A stretch of DNA of 63,866 nt, the filler included, from Guillardia theta CCMP2712 (taxonomy: Eukaryota; Protista; Cryptophyta): assembly GCF_000315625.1 (NCBI RefSeq). It is 5 parts of 5 records of this genome, joined end to end, with 100 filler letters (N's around TTAATTAATTAA, not from the genome) between each part and the next. Parts side by side here need not be neighbours in the genome. Positions count along the whole stretch, not along the records: positions 1 to 30,621 come from NW_005434428.1; 4 more parts are not named here. One strand, 5' to 3'. The notes below the pieces were generated by a model. That model saw nothing but the letters and a program-made list of their open reading frames with translations. It had not been told where the DNA came from and searched no databases. Numbering within the stretch: the first letter of the stretch is position 1; each line of letters begins with the position of its first letter. Positions 7,818 to 22,800 of this stretch are shown here, in pieces. Position numbers and translations under genes: made by a program.

Positions 7818-10800
7818 ATGTATATTCTTTTGTTCGTGGCGGGGTTGGTCCTCGTGCTGGTGGTAGAGCGGGTGGTTCACTCTGTGCTGTCGCTGGTGGT
7901 GGACCGCTCGATGCGCCCTACCAAGAGGTATGCCTCCATGTCTCTCGTGGGCACGTTCTTCCAGAACCTCTTCGCCTACTTTTTCTTCGCATTCAACGTC
8001 CTGGCGATGACGCTGGGCTTCATCGCGCGGAACCTTCTCTGGTTTGGGTTCCTGGTGCTGGTCATGGCAGTGCTCAGCATGGTGCTGGACTTTGCTCCCG
8101 GGTTGGTTGCCGAGTATGTGTACGTTTACAACGCCGGGCTGGGGACCTACATTCACTTCTTCATCGTCCTACCGGTTCAGTTAGTGGAGCTGCTGTTTAG
8201 CCATGTCACCGCGCTGTATAACTGCATCATGTGGATCGTGAATGGGGTGTTCCTGTCAGTGCTGGCCCCGTCCTTCCTTGCGGACAACGTGAATGTCGGG
8301 TGGCTCCCTAGGTTCGGCACGTCTTTCTTCAAGTTCTCGGGTGAGGTGGTCCTGTCGATCTCGTCGTACCTTGTCAATGTGATGGCGTGCGCGACGAACC
8401 CCCTCGGCGGGGTGCCCAGGGGTGGCACCGGGAGCTTCCTGATCCTGAACGCGACGGGTTCGGTGGAGTGCTTCGAGCCCGGCATGATCAACCTCGACCT
8501 TATAACTCCTGCGGGCAGCTTCCGCGATATGTGTCTCTACATGGCAAGGTTCGTGGTGTTCTCCTGCCCCGCTGCGAATGCGGTCATTGATTTACTAACA
8601 TTCCCGCTGAGCGATATGAACCTGTACAAGGGCATCCATTGTATCGTGAACGCGCTTTTGGGTCTGTTCGTGCAGCTCCCCTTCGTGACCCTGCACCGCT
8701 GCCGGTTCGGTGCGACGCTGCCGATGCTCGGCGTGCACCAGCGCATCCTGTGCGCCCCGGACTTCCGCCCGGCGATGGACCTTTCGGTAGCTGGGGCTAG
8801 GTACCTGGGTAGGACCGTCGACAACTGGTTGGACTCTTCGCTGGTGATCCTGGAGACGCTCTTCACCGGCTCCGCACCGCAGTGCGACCCGGTCCCGATC
8901 CCCCTGAGCTACAGCGACGATGACTCCCGGGCGCTTTTCGGGGGCAACTTCCGCGCGGTGGTGGGGCTGACTCCGGGGATGTACGCGGTGACGGATGGGA
9001 TCAGCACGGAGTACAACATCTTCTACAAGCAAGTGACAAGGGAGATTGCTTACAGGAACTGGCCCTTTCCTGTCGAACCGGCGTACGGCATCGCGGCGGT
9101 CAAGTACGGGGAGCTGCCCGAGGGGGACGTGGCGGGAGACCTGACGACTGGGATGCTGGGGTGCGAGTGCCTGGACGTCCCCGGCGTAGGGGCGCAGATC
9201 ACCTGTGCGATCGTCCCGTACCTCTCCGGGAGCAACATGCCCTCCACCACGGGTTCCGTGGCTTCGATGATCCAGGACTACCTCAAATCGAACAGCATAC
9301 AGCAGGCGGTCAACTCGAGCAACGCGACGCAGCGCATCCCGGTGACCTTCTCCGTGCCCTCGTCGAGCCAGTACGCGACCTGCAAGAGGCTGAAGATCCA
9401 GGTGGAGTCGCTCCGGTGGCCCGCGACGAGGGTGTCTGCAACGAGCACCAGCCCCGGTGCTTGGAACCAGATGGGTGCCGCGGCCCAGGTGAATATCCTG
9501 GATGTGGCCAGGGAGGTGAGGGCGGACGCTGCCATCTACGTCATGCCGCAGTGCCCCTTCTCGGCGGTCCCCGACCCTTCTTGCATACCCGGCTTTGAAG
9601 GGTTCAGCTGCTACCCCTTCTGTGTGGGCCTGCACCTCACGGGGACGATCAACCAGGGGATTGTGCTGTACGGGGCCAACGACTGGAGGGACTCGGTGCA
9701 GTACCTCCTCCGGGACTGCGGGGTGGGGCAGGGCGCCGTCGGGTCGATATCCCCTTCTGCTCTGAGCCTTTCCCCGCTTGCATTCGGCCCTCCTGTCCGG
9801 TACACCGTCCCAAAGGGCGTGGTGTACAACGCGGCGGCGCAGAGCGCCTGGGACCCGGCGACGCAGAGCTGTGTCTCCAGCGCGGATGTTAATTCAAGGG
9901 TTTCTGTGAACCTTACTACGGTGTATGCCTTCCCTCCCGACCAGAGCGAGCCGACGATCCGGGAGAAGTTCCAGCCCTTCGTCTTTGCGAGCGATGTGGT
10001 GCTCACGGCGTACCAGGACGGTCTGGGGAAGTGGAGCGTCAAGGTCTCTAGGATCTTCGGGGAGGATGCGCTGTCCTTCAGGCTGGTGGATCTCCCCGGG
10101 TTGATCCCCGCGAACGACATCTGCCTGGGCTCTCCGTCCTGTGAAGAGCCGTTCCAGCCCAGTCTTATTGGGATACCGTACGCGTACCAGGACTACCCGC
10201 AGCTGTACAACCCCTCCACAACGAGCCAGTGGGCGGTGTTCTACGCGACGAACCCGAACCCGGAGGTGTACGAGGCGTATTCGCGGTACTGCGCGGGCCT
10301 CCCCACGAAGTTCGGCATCGTGATGGACTCCAGCTACGGGCAGGTGAGGGTGTGGAAGTTCAACGCCTTCGCGCTGGACCAGTCTGAGACGTCGGGGGCG
10401 GCGGTGATGACCTGGACCTTCGAGGGCTTCAACCGGGTGCAGGAGGTGAGCAACTGCGGGGCTCTGTACAACATGTCGGTGGTCAGGCTGGAGTACATCA
10501 ATGAATACAACGTCGCCGTCACGGTCCTGCAGGCCTCTATGCAGAGCTTCGATGTTGTGACGAGGATGCCGCGCCCCGGATTCGATGGCTTTGATTACGT
10601 GGTCTACTTCATTAACCCCACGACCAACGAAGGGCCTTCCGAGAGCATGTTCAGTGAGCTCGTCCCGCAGTCTCTCCTGAGCGAGGGCCTGCTGTGCCCT
10701 AGCCAGCGCCGCATGCCCGAGGTCGGCTCGAGCCTGGCGGAGGCCTGGGCCGGTGTGTTGTACTTCATGCGGCTGCCGCTCAACGCGGTGGTGCTCTTCC

Positions 10801-13800
10801 CTGCTATCTTCAGCGGTGGGGACTGGCCGCGCTTCACCGAGTGCTCAGCGGTGGCTCTGGGGCATTCTTTGCTGTTGGGGTGCGGGAAGGGGATCCTGAA
10901 CGTCGACAATGCCTTCGAGGCTTGGCACCGTGCGTCGTTCCTGTTCTATCACTCCTTCGTGAAAATCGCCACCTTTGGTCAGAGCCTGAGCCCCTCGAAT
11001 CCCATCCTCCTGTACACCAGGCAGGCCGTCGTAGGCTCCACCGTCGCGGCAACCTACCTGACCAACGGTGCGCCTGCCTTCATGGCGAAATTGCTAGGAT
11101 CTGTGAATTTTAACCGTCCATTTGCGGATATGTCCCGCGCGATGTTGTTCGGGCTGCCCTCCTGGATCCGGATTTTTGGGCGCGTGGTCCGGTTCTCCTC
11201 GACGAGCTTTCAGATGTTCCTTCGCTTCCTGGAGCGGCTGATCATGGAGTATGTGCTCAAGCTGGCCTCCGGGCAGGGGGTGGACTCTGGGATCTTCTAC
11301 ATCCTGACGGCGATGAGGGACGACGTCGACCAGCTCATGGTTCAGCCTGCCAGGGAGATCTGCGGCGGGGTGAGCCTCATCTTCGGGTACACGAACCCCC
11401 CCGCGACGGCGATGCGTTTCTTCTGCACGGTCGGGGCGGAGACGGCGCTGGGGCTCTTTGACTTTATGAACGTGTTCCTGATTGATTTCCCTGTTGTCGA
11501 CTGCGTGTGCCGCGGCGGGCAGGGGACGGTGTTCCGCGACCACCTCGAGCAGCAGTGCTACAAGTGGGCGCCCGTGGGCTACCGCCCGCTTCTTAATGCG
11601 ATGCTGGAGCAGTCGGCGGGAGATCGGCGGCTCATGTGTAGTATGCTGGTGGAGAGGACGAACGGGAACTTGTCAACGGCCTTTGATGGGGTCTTCACGG
11701 CGCTGTACGAAGGATACCAAAGCATCGGTTCCATGTTTGACTACTTCCTTGTATTCATCGATTCTTCGAGTGGGACCTGCAGCAATTATTACTCCTCGGA
11801 CTACGTCATGGCGATCCTCCCCGAGCCGATCGACTACTTCACGATGTGCTACCGGACGAGGCTGTGCGAGCTGGCCTGCGGGGAGCAGTACGACGCCTTC
11901 CACACGGCGCTGGCGCAGGTGGCGGGGGGCAAGCCGCTCGTGTACAGCATGAATCAGACCGTCTCGGTCGAGAGCCGCTTCTTCAGCTCGGGGGGTGAGT
12001 TCTACGGCACGGACCGGCTGCCCTTCGATGTCATGGCCCTGGTGGAGATGTCGGGCTGCAACCGCGTTTGCTACGGGGACGTGGGGATTTCTGGCCCCCC
12101 CTCGCAGCCGGACCGCTGTGTCTCGATCGCGGGGATCGATAGTCACTTGAAGATTGCGGTCAAGGCCTACTGCCTCCCCTCCAGCCTGAAGACCGGGATC
12201 CGCCCGTCCGCCAAGATCCTGGACGGCTCCTTCCGGGGCACGGCGATCGACTATGAGGTGGACGGCAGCGAGGCGTGGTCGGCGGGCATCGCGAGGCTGC
12301 AGTACGCGAGCGTGGACCTCGTCGACTCGATTGGCAGGAGCAACATCCTGGTCGTGACGACGGAGCAGGAGGTGAGCCTTGTCAGTGACCAGAGACAGAG
12401 CTACACCCTGCTGAAGACCATCCCTTCTTCCCAGAAAGCGGTGCTTGTCACGGACATATACAGCATCGAGGAGGTGGTGTCCTTCCCGAGTGACGACATC
12501 GCTGACATCTTCGTGAGGGCGACGACGACGGACTGGAGCGTCCCGCACGAGCCATCGACGGGCCCGGTGTGCCTGCATGTCAGGCTCGACACCCAGCGCT
12601 TCGCGACGGAGGCGATCCTGAAGACCTCCGCTTTCACGATCAAGAGATGCGCCGGCGCCGTGAATGTGTTCTCCACGATCAGGACCCCGTACGTGACGTG
12701 CCTGGGCCCTTCCTGCTCCGGCGTGGCGCTGTTCCCGACGGAGGATGGGGCGGAGGTGAAGGTGTGCGACCGGAGCGAGGGGGCGCTGACCTGCGTGGCC
12801 GTGCCGAGCGGTGGCCACCTGGCGTCCGACCTGGGGCTGAGCTCTAAGAATCTGCCGCAAGTATCCATGACACAGGACAAGCGGTTCATCCGGAGGGTGC
12901 CGCGCGTGGCGCAGAGCTCCCTGACGGGCTGGAACGGGGCGGGGCAGCAGAGCTCCATGACGGTCTTTGCCGTGGCCGGGCAGAAGGTCACCACGACCTG
13001 GCTCTCGGACATCCGCTTGAGGGTGGATGGCGGGGTGTGGGCCGGGACGCGGTCATATTCCAGCACATACCAGATGCTGACGACTCTGAAGAAGAACTGC
13101 AGTGTGGCCGACTGCACGGGATGCATGGGCTACCCGACACTGCAGAGGCTCTGCTACGCCGCGTCGCAGTGTGCGGTTGCCAGGTGCATCGGCACAGAGG
13201 TCAACTTCCAGCGCCCGCTCTGTGCCATCGGGTCGGTGGTGTCGAAGCTGATGCGGCAGGCACTGCTGACGATGCAGAACGTCTACCTCATCTTCTCGCA
13301 GAGCGTGGCGCTCATTGTCGATGCCTCTACCGGGCAGATCACCAACCGCGTGGTGATCGAGTGGCCGGACCAGGTGTTCTTCTCCGCCATGTGCGACATG
13401 AAGGACATCACCGTCTCTTCCGTGGGGGTTTTGATGTCCCTAGTGAACGGGATCACCATGAAAGCCCAGGCGATCCTCAGTTCTACCGAGGTCGGCCTTG
13501 TCCCTACAGACCCAAGTTTCAACGCCAAGGCGACACTCTCCATGGCCAGCATGACAAACCTATTCTCTCAGATCCTCCTCCTCCCTCTGTACGTTTTCAT
13601 CGCCGCGCAGAAGACCTTTGTCTGCACGACCAACAGCATGACGGCGATCCTGAATTCGGACCTCCTGGGCAATTTCCAGTTGGTGATTGGAGACCCGAGC
13701 ATCCAGGCCGTGAGTGGGGACGTGGCGGGCATCTGCCTCACGCAGGTGTTTGAGCAGGACGTGCAGGCCCAAGCGCTGGGTGGATCCGACTTCATTGGGG

Positions 13801-16800
13801 GGGCGGCGGCGCAGGTGACCGACCGCCTGATCGACGCCGGGATGACGCTGCAGCTTGCCCCCGCCTACCACTTGACGGATGCTGTGCTGGCCTATGCCTC
13901 GGGTGTCACGTACGGCTTCATGGATGTCCTGCAGACCATCGACCAGAAGCACTGCAGGCTCCCCGATGTCACCACGGAGACCATCTACCGCTGCGCCTGC
14001 GGGGACCTTGCCCACAGGGTGTCCCCCGAGCGGCGCCAGGAGGGCATCCGGGAGCAGGCCTTCTGGTGCGTCGGGTCGCTGCAGCTGCTGGGGCCGGACG
14101 GGAAGCCGAGGCTCGTCTACAACCCTTACACCTTCGAGGAGCTGGTGACGGCCTCGAGGACAAAGATGAGCACCTATCTCACCTGCGTAGGGAGGGGGCA
14201 GGGGGATTGCAGCCGGCATCTCCCCACCCTCCCTCTGCTCGCAAGGCAGGACGTGGATCCCGGGACTGTGCTCACCAGGTGCCGTTCCAACTATGTGAAC
14301 AAGGTGTGGGACGCGGGGGCGGCCTACCTCACGGGGTTTCGAAACTACCCCGACCTAGCCAAGGTGGGGTACATCATACAGCAGAGCTACCAGCCCTCCC
14401 TGATCCCTTCCTCCGTGGTTACGTGCCTGGAGCAAACGCTCCGGCTCGGGACTGGGAATGACGCGTGCCTGCTAGGGTGGCTGACGCTCACGAACCGCAC
14501 CCGCGAGAACTACTTCCGTTACGAGGTGGCCGGCTTCGTGTCGGACAATTCCGATTTCGCGGATGTGGACGGGTGCGAGGTCTTCACCGGGCCCTCCAGC
14601 AACCCGGACCCAGCCAAGGCGTACCAGTTCGAGCAGTGCCTGAACACCTCGAACGCGGCGCAGTGCCAGCTCCCGCAGTACATCTGGTCGGGGAGGACGA
14701 CCAACCGCGTGCCGGTGGCTTCGCTCCATTCGGTGAGCTACCCGCCGGGTTCGACCCAGCTGTACGATGCCGCGAGGGAGGAGCACCTGAAGATCAAGAA
14801 GGAGGCCACGGAGTACTTCACGGAGGCACTCTTGCAGTGGGAGAATCCGGAGCTGGAGGCGAGCTTCTTCTCCGTGGAGGGGGACATATTGCACCAGCTC
14901 TTCGACTGCTACTTCATGGGACCCTTCGCCTCTGCCGAGCTGTGGCCGTCGGGGGGCACGCGCTCGGTCAGGTCCATGCTGTACTACCGGAACAGCCCTT
15001 CTGATCGCACCTTTATGGTCCCATCCGCGAACTGCAAGCCCGGCGTGGACGCCTGCTGTCCCCAGCAGTCCCCCTTCTCGTGCGGTGGCCCTGCGAGGAA
15101 CGCCATCATCCATGGCTTCATCGAGAAGCTCAAGAACAGCCCCGGGGGGCCAACAAACGAGGTGCTGGCCAGGGCGGTGCAGGACGGTGTCAAGGCCAAG
15201 CTAAGGGAGTTCAAGAGCATCTTCACCAACGTCAACAGCTTCGGCTGCCCCTGTCCGGGCGGGGCCAACAGCGTGGAGTGTTGCTCCAAGGACAACCCGG
15301 GTGTCTGGGCCTCCAAGGAGATGCAGGCGATCGACTACTCCGTCCTTGAGAGCCAGAGCGTGCTGGATGTTATCTTCGATCTCGCGGCAGAGTACATCGA
15401 GACGGAGGTCTACTTCAACCGCACTCTCTTTGAAGCCTTCGCCGAGCCCCTCACTGACTCCCAGCGCGCCCAGCTCCGCGATGAGTCGATGTTCGACCCT
15501 TCCAGCCCTGTCTCGGGGTATGACGAGAGCGAGGTCCTGGAAGCAGGCAGCAAGAACCGCTCCCTGTGGGATCTGTGCGTGGACCTCGTCTCCCAGATCT
15601 TCGCGACGCTGCCTCTCGATGCGGAAAGGGCTTCCTTCGGTGCCTCCTCCTACGCATATGAGCACGACCCTACCCGGAGCCCTTCCTCCTCCCGCTTCGC
15701 AGACAGCATCGAGGAGACCGTCAGCTACATCCTTGGGAGGGCCAAGGAAGACTCCCCCTTTTACTGGGGGACAGGGGGTGGCGACCTGAGATATATGCCA
15801 TCCAAGAGCGCAAGGTGCAGGACACGCGGGAGTTTGGTGAGGCCTGTGACCAATGGTACTTTGAACCCGCTGGACGGTGCCTATATTCCTCTGGGGATCG
15901 ATGACACGGGAGTCGGGGTCAGGTACACCGTGGCGGGGAGGCTGGCGGGTCTTCAGCTCCCAAAGTACGGCGTGCTGGGCCAGAACGCCTCTGGCTTCAC
16001 CCAGCGCTGCTATTGCGGTTGGACTACCCCAAATGGGATGCTCTGTAGAGTTGATCCGTTGGTCTGCGCGACGGCGAGGTTGGCGAGCCTGACCTCCCTC
16101 CCGGGGGGTGCGGTGGAGGATTTCCAGGCGATCTGCCAGGCTGGGAGCTATTCCACGTTCGGGGAGTGGGTGAGCGTGTACAGGGTGGCCGAGGCGGCGT
16201 GGGACGCTTCCTGGAGCTGCCCAGATATGCAGCTGTCGGATGTGTGGGGCGTGGTGAATGACCTTCAGTTGGACTACTGGATGGCGAATATCGATGATAG
16301 CTTTGTGGACTACAACTATAACCTCCAGGATGTCCTCCACCTCGGCACGGCGGGACTCCGCCTCTCGAACATGGAGTGGCTGCAGCGCAACTCGCATCTC
16401 TTCCTCCGCCCGGCCGCGAGGAGGTACAAGCTTTACAACCCAGACACCGATATCTCCGTTGCGCTGGAGGACTGCGTGGACGAAACCATCGATTCCAACG
16501 CTGCGAATGGCTTCCAGTCCTACGTCGGGAGCCTGTCCAGCGTCTACAGCCACTTCAAGGACCGACTGATGCCCGTCCTCAGGTCGACGCACACCTCCGG
16601 CTCGGAGGCCTTCTGCACCCGCTTCGTGCTGGAGCTGGCGAGGTTGGAGGCACTGGTGTACGTTGACCAGGCCGTCGGGGCACAGGAGCCCAACCCGGAG
16701 ATCTCGGTTCAGAGGGTTGCGGTGGACCTCTGGCGCACGCGCTGCATGACGCAGGTCCGGATGGTTGGGCTGTGCAACCTGCACGGTGTCTTTGACCGGG

Positions 16801-19800
16801 TCCCTCCCAATCATAGCATTCAAGGGAGCCACTGCCCCTTTACGATCACCGGGACTTGCGGGAAGATGTACCTGACATCCGACTGCATTGTGTACTGCGA
16901 TGGCGTTTTCTCCGAGCCCTGCTCCTGTGCGGAGGCCGCCGGGGTTCCGTGCTCTGGTTATGCGTGGGACGTTTCTCTGAATGCTACCTGCCCCCTTGCC
17001 TTCGACCCGCGTGGCATTTCCGACATGGATATTGAGCGCTCGACGCTGTACGCCCCAACCGTGTTCCCGGAGGAGGAGCTGCTGGCATCGGGATTGAGCC
17101 CAGAGGAGAATCTGGCTCTTGCGGAGAGGATACTGGCGCACGAGGAGCAGTATATCACCACGTTCATCCCCAAAGCATCCGACAAGTCGTTGATGGAAGA
17201 TGCTCTGATCACTGGCAGCAAGGCGGGAGAAGGTGTCGCCTTCGGCAAGCCTCTGGGCAACCGGGAATACTGCGACGCGGTGGCGGACTACTGGCCGGAG
17301 GGGTGGATCCACCCGAGCGGCTACCACGTCACGGTGGGGTGCCGGCACGAGGAGACGGCCTTCCGTGGCTTCGACACCTGGATGTCTGTGGAGTACGACT
17401 CCGTGAGGGGAGAGAAGTACCTTCAGCTGGATGCGAGGAGGCTGAGGAACGAGACGCTGCTGAAGAACTACTTCGGTTCCGCCGCCTCCTGCTCCGCCGC
17501 CTCTTACGGCATGCCCATGTTCGAGACAAACAACGCCAGGCTGCAGGCCCGCTGGAAGGACGGGCAGAGGTACGACCCTACCCAGCCCATCGGGCGCTTC
17601 GTCCCGGGAGATACTACGGATTACATTCAGACGGGGGTTGCCGGTGGCTGGGACCAGGTCCCGACGCAAGGGAGGATTGGGAAGCACACCCGCCCGTCAT
17701 CGGGCCTTCTGCACCACTGGATCCCGGAGATGGCAACGGGGGCGACGGCGACGGCGGTTTGGCCTGCGAGTGGACAAACGTTTGGAAGGTACGAGCTCCC
17801 GGAGGGGACGGTGCCGGAGTGGGGTCCTGGCTGCGGGCAGCTACCACTCAGGACTTGTCGCAACGACACAGACTGCCCTGCCCTGCACGGCGCGGCCGTG
17901 CGCTGCCTGAGGTCGTGGTCCGAGTCCCGCGGGGAGGAGAGGGACGGGGTTTGCGCCGTGCAGGGCTCGGCGCCGCTGCAGTGCTACCAGAACCATCATT
18001 GCAGGGACTCCGGGCAGGTCTGCTCCGCATGGGGCAGGTGCGTGGATGGCTATGTCCTGATGCGGAACAAGGTGGGCTACCCTGTGGAGATGCACTCCCA
18101 CTCGGAGAAGTGCGGTGAAGAATCGCTCGGGTACTCCCCCTGGCAGGTCGTCCCGGACTTCCTCCCGCGCCACGGCATGTGCGGGTTCCGAGAGTGGTTC
18201 GAGTACGAGACGATGCGGGCGAGGGCGACGGGGGCGGCGAGCCCCGGCACGCTGGCGGCGGTGAACCCGGATGTGCTCTGGTACAGCACAAGCCCCTATG
18301 TGACGGACGCGGTGGTGAAGCAGGGTCTGTTCGAGAGGGGTATCCTGAAGGTACACCCTCACACCTGCGACAGGGACTATGCTTATTCCTTCCCTTCCTG
18401 CGCTGGAAACCCTTCCTCCGTCTTCAACGAGGTTGGGGGAGCTGTGGATCAACCCGGGGAGGGCAGGACCATGCGGACGTACCGGAGGGCTGCCGCGGGC
18501 TGGGAGTTGGACCTCTGCTCTGTAGACCACATGGAAAGGCAGAGGACGGGTTTCCTGTACCCTTTCTCCGGTGTGGCCGGGGAGGACAGCTTCGCGGGCG
18601 TCCAGAACTCGCTCAGCCTCTGCTCGAATCTTCAGCTCTGTTCTCTTCAGGAGTTCTATGTACAGGGCTACCATACGCTCGGGCGCAAGATCAACCGGGT
18701 GCAGAAGGATGGGAGCTGCATCGATTCCGGGAATTGCCTGGCGACCCCCTACCAACTGCAGGACGGCCTATTCTGCGGTGCTGCGGGATATCTGAAGGCC
18801 CTGGACCCTTCGGACGTGGCGAGGAGGTACGACCCGATATGCAGGGTGGACCCCCTGGTCACTCCCCTGGTGAGGATGTTCTGCACCGCCGATAGGGCGT
18901 CCATATCGAGTGCCTGTGACCTCGACCCGAGCTATGCCACCGTGTCCAACGTCCAGGAGCTCTGCAGACTCTGGGACGAGGACTACAACTACCAGTCGCT
19001 GCCCAACATCGACCGCGCGCTCAACCGGGCGCTTCTCCGCTTCTTCAAGCGCGGTTTCACGACCTGGGACGAGTACCAGAGGCGGGCGACCTGCGCGGCG
19101 ACGGTGTTCAACCTGATGGGGGTGTACGCGGGGCAGCAGACGCAGGGCACGGGCGGCACGCAGTGGTACTCCGTCGAGCTCGAGCCGGGGGTACCTACCT
19201 ATTTTCCTCCCTATGCTTCGCTGTACGTCTTCCGCGACGCTTCCCAGATGGAGATCCCGGCGGCGTGGTGGGTGCAGTGCGTGCTGCTGGACTCTTCCGT
19301 GAACGTGGAGCTCCTTGAAAGTGCATCCACCGACCAGGTGCCGTGCCGCGGGTGGGAGAACGCCAAGACCGCGGGGTACCAGCCGCAGACGGTGCGTGAC
19401 TTCCTCCTTAGCTCCCCGAGGGTGTACCTGGAATCCGGGATGAACTCGCCTACCAATGAGACGCAGATCGCGCTGAGCATCTACGACAACCTCTTCGAGC
19501 AGGTGTCCCTGGCAAGGCACACCGTGCAGGGCGCCATGGGGGGAGGGGAGCATCGGCTTTCCTATGTGTATTATCGCACCTTGAAGGACCTGTATCTCAC
19601 CGACGAGGACTACAATGAATTCGCGAATGCGGTCGACAGTGGTGGCAACAGCAACAACGATAAGGTGTTCAAGACCAATGCCGTACCCCGGGATGACGGG
19701 ACATACCCCTTCTACGACGATTCCGACATCCCCGGCATATTCCAGCAGGTGGTGAACTACATGATGAGCGGGAGTGTCAGGGATGGCTACTTCCCCCCCG

Positions 19801-22800
19801 GGTCGGGTGTGAACCGCCTGTCCAAGGCGATGGGATCGTTCACGAAGACGTCGCTCTCGGACGGCTTCCTCGATCTCGGCCCTGCGTACTTCGACCCATC
19901 CCTGGGCGTGCTGCAGTACACCCTGCCGACCCTGGCGCCTTCGTTCTTCGAGGCGGAGTTGGACAGGATCCTTGCGGGAGTGCTGAAGCAGGAGGATGAC
20001 CTGCAAGATTGGAAAGATATCGGGCTCGAGTATGAGTACGATGCCTTCAAGGACTATGCCACCCTTGCCGACCTTTCCACAGGGACTATGCGCATGACCA
20101 AGTGCCTCAATGTCAACTTCAATACCTCCGAGCCCGGGGTGAATCAGAACTTCATCAGGCCATTCGTGAGGCTGCTGGATCAGAACGCCGGGGGTGAGGA
20201 CATATATGTCTGTGACAGCGATGTGGGCTACGACAGGCGCACCGGGCAGAGCTGTGGGCTGATGCATGACTCGTTAGATGACAATTGCTCCACTCGATTC
20301 GTCTATCTCCGCGAGTACAACAACGGGGAGGGCATCGTGGTGCAGACGCATTGCAAGCAACCCCTCTTTGTGCGGGATCTGGTGGAAGACGACAAGCGTA
20401 AGATCGCGGACCTCTCCCGCCTCGACCTTGACACGGCAAACCCCGCGGGGGCCATCTGCCTCCGCACGGATTCCACGTGCTTGCAGGGCGGTGGGTTGGA
20501 GGGGAGTTCGGTAGGAGTGGTGTCCGTCGTTCCCACCTTGGGTGTGGAGGTGCAGACATTCTACCGCGAGATGCAGAGCGGTGACCCCAACTCCGACAAG
20601 TTCTACGGGCCGCTGTACCAGAAGGCTTCCACCCGCTGGTACCCAGCGTGGGTGGACTGCTACGGTGTCCCGGGGGTGAACAAGAGCAACCTCCAGGCCT
20701 GGACGGGCTGGGATAGGGCGCGCGTGGAGCAGGCAAGGGAGATTCTGCTTGCTAGAGAGAATGCGGAGGGCTCGAGCCCCAACCTACAGGTCCTGGACCT
20801 AGAGGCGATCTGGAATAGCAGCAGCACCCGCCCGGTGAGCTTCTCCGTCCGCTGCAACGTCTCCTCGTGCACCACCAGCACCGGGGTTTCGTTCGATTGC
20901 GGCAGCGACGGCCAGTGCAACGTCCGGATGGATAACATGGCCGTCCATGCCATGTCCCTGCGCCTGACCGAGCCCTCCGTGTACTTCTGCGCGTCCAGCG
21001 AGGCGCAGGCGAGGGAGCGGTGCCCGGCGCGGAGGACGAACGACAGCGTCCTGGTGGAGATCAGGAACAACCTCTGGTACTGCAAGGCCGACTGCGTGAG
21101 GAAGACGCTCCTGAAGTACGTCGGGAAGCACTCCATCAAGTACCGCGGACTCAGGGAGGACGTGCTGGGCTTCACCCCCTCGGACAGGAGCGCAATCGGG
21201 CTGAGCGATACGAGCAACGCCCGGGACGGCTATTCGCAGAAGGACAGCTTCCGGCTGGTGCACCACCTGATGAGGAAGCAGATCTTTGGCTCGGGTAACG
21301 CGCTCCCTGGCTCCATCTACAACAGCGTCTGGATGAAGCCCAGCGCGCTGAGTGCCTCCTTCATGGACCGCCACTCGCTCTACCCCTTCCAGGCCCTCAC
21401 CCTGTACGATTACGTGAATTACGTCGAGCAGGCCGACACGATGCGGAAGCAGCCGCTGGACACCTGCATCAACCAGGCGGTCGACGTCACCGAGTGCTCG
21501 AAGGACCAGATCACGGGGCAGCGCGTCCATCGCAGCAGCCTGGAGCAGTGCGCCTCGGAGCTGAAGCGGAGGTCTTCCTTGGTTGCCAATCCGGGCTACG
21601 CTGTGCTTGTGAAGCTGAGGGGAGAGGAGCTCACCTCTTCGCATCTGCTTCATTGGGCGGCGGCATCGCGCCCGGAGAGGGACCGTTTCGTCGACTGGGT
21701 GACGAGCGCCGGCCGTTGCTCGGAGACGCGCCAGTCCGAGGCGGTGTGCTACCTGACCGGGGACGGGAATGTGTTCACCATCAACCCCTGGCTGGGCGGC
21801 GGGTTCAATATCCACGAGGCCTGCGACACCGTGCCGCTGCCGGAGCAGCTCACCCGGGTGATCAGCGCGGACTGCTTCCCCCAGGGGTCCGGGACTTGCA
21901 GGAATTACACCGCCCTGGTCTATACCCCCTGTGTCTCCAAGAACAATCAGCCCCCGAGCAGGACGGACATCTTCACCTCCGCCTCCAACAATCTGTGTGA
22001 GAAGGCGCCGCGCCCCAACTCAACCTGCCTGCAGAGGCAGGGTCTGTACGGGGGCGGGGAGGGGGAGGGCATGACCGATCTGTACACTCGGCCTTTGTAT
22101 TCCATGCCCTACTCGGGGATCTTCGGCATGGAGCCCAACCCTTCCTACCATTCCAGGACTCCGTCCAATGGCATTCTAAGGCAGTCCTTCATGGATCTGG
22201 GGGGTGGTTTCTTCGTCGCGGACCTTCAGACCCTGGAGGATGGGATGACCGACAACCTGCTGCCGGCCTGCATGCCGCTCTGGTACCCCACCAAGGCAGA
22301 CGGCTCCCCCGACCTTGCGGGCAGGGACCCGTGCTCGAACAACAGCATGGACTGGCTCTCCTCTTACTCCGTCGATTCCCGCGTCGACTACGACCTTAAC
22401 CGGGTGGATCTCGGGAACACCGTGGCGGAGGGCCAGCTGCCGCCGTGGGACTGCCCCGTCCGGGAGATGCACTTCTGGGGCGGGGGCGACGCCTCCTTCC
22501 GGCCCAGGGCGCCATACGGGCCGAGGGCAGGGGTGATGTTCTTCGAGGCGAGCAACATGGGGGGGAGTGCCGGAAACGGGATGTCGAATCCGGTGCAGCC
22601 CTATGGGGTGGAGATGCCCGGCCTGCAAAGGCCGTACTTTGCATCGGAGATCTGCAGCTGCTCCTCTGCGGGGGACTGTTCGTTCCAGGTCGTTTCCAAG
22701 GAGAGCTGTTCTATCCTTTCAACGGTTGATTTCCTCTCGGGGGAGAAGTGGTACACCCAGCAGGCGCACGCCGGGGCGGCGGGCTGCCGGACCTCTACTG

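Noticed and set aside
15201-17687. 828-aa minus-strand ORF and many other ORFs overlapping the giant gene
   Set aside because: Antisense and alternate-frame shadows expected from GC3-rich coding DNA; no motifs and no promoter signals.
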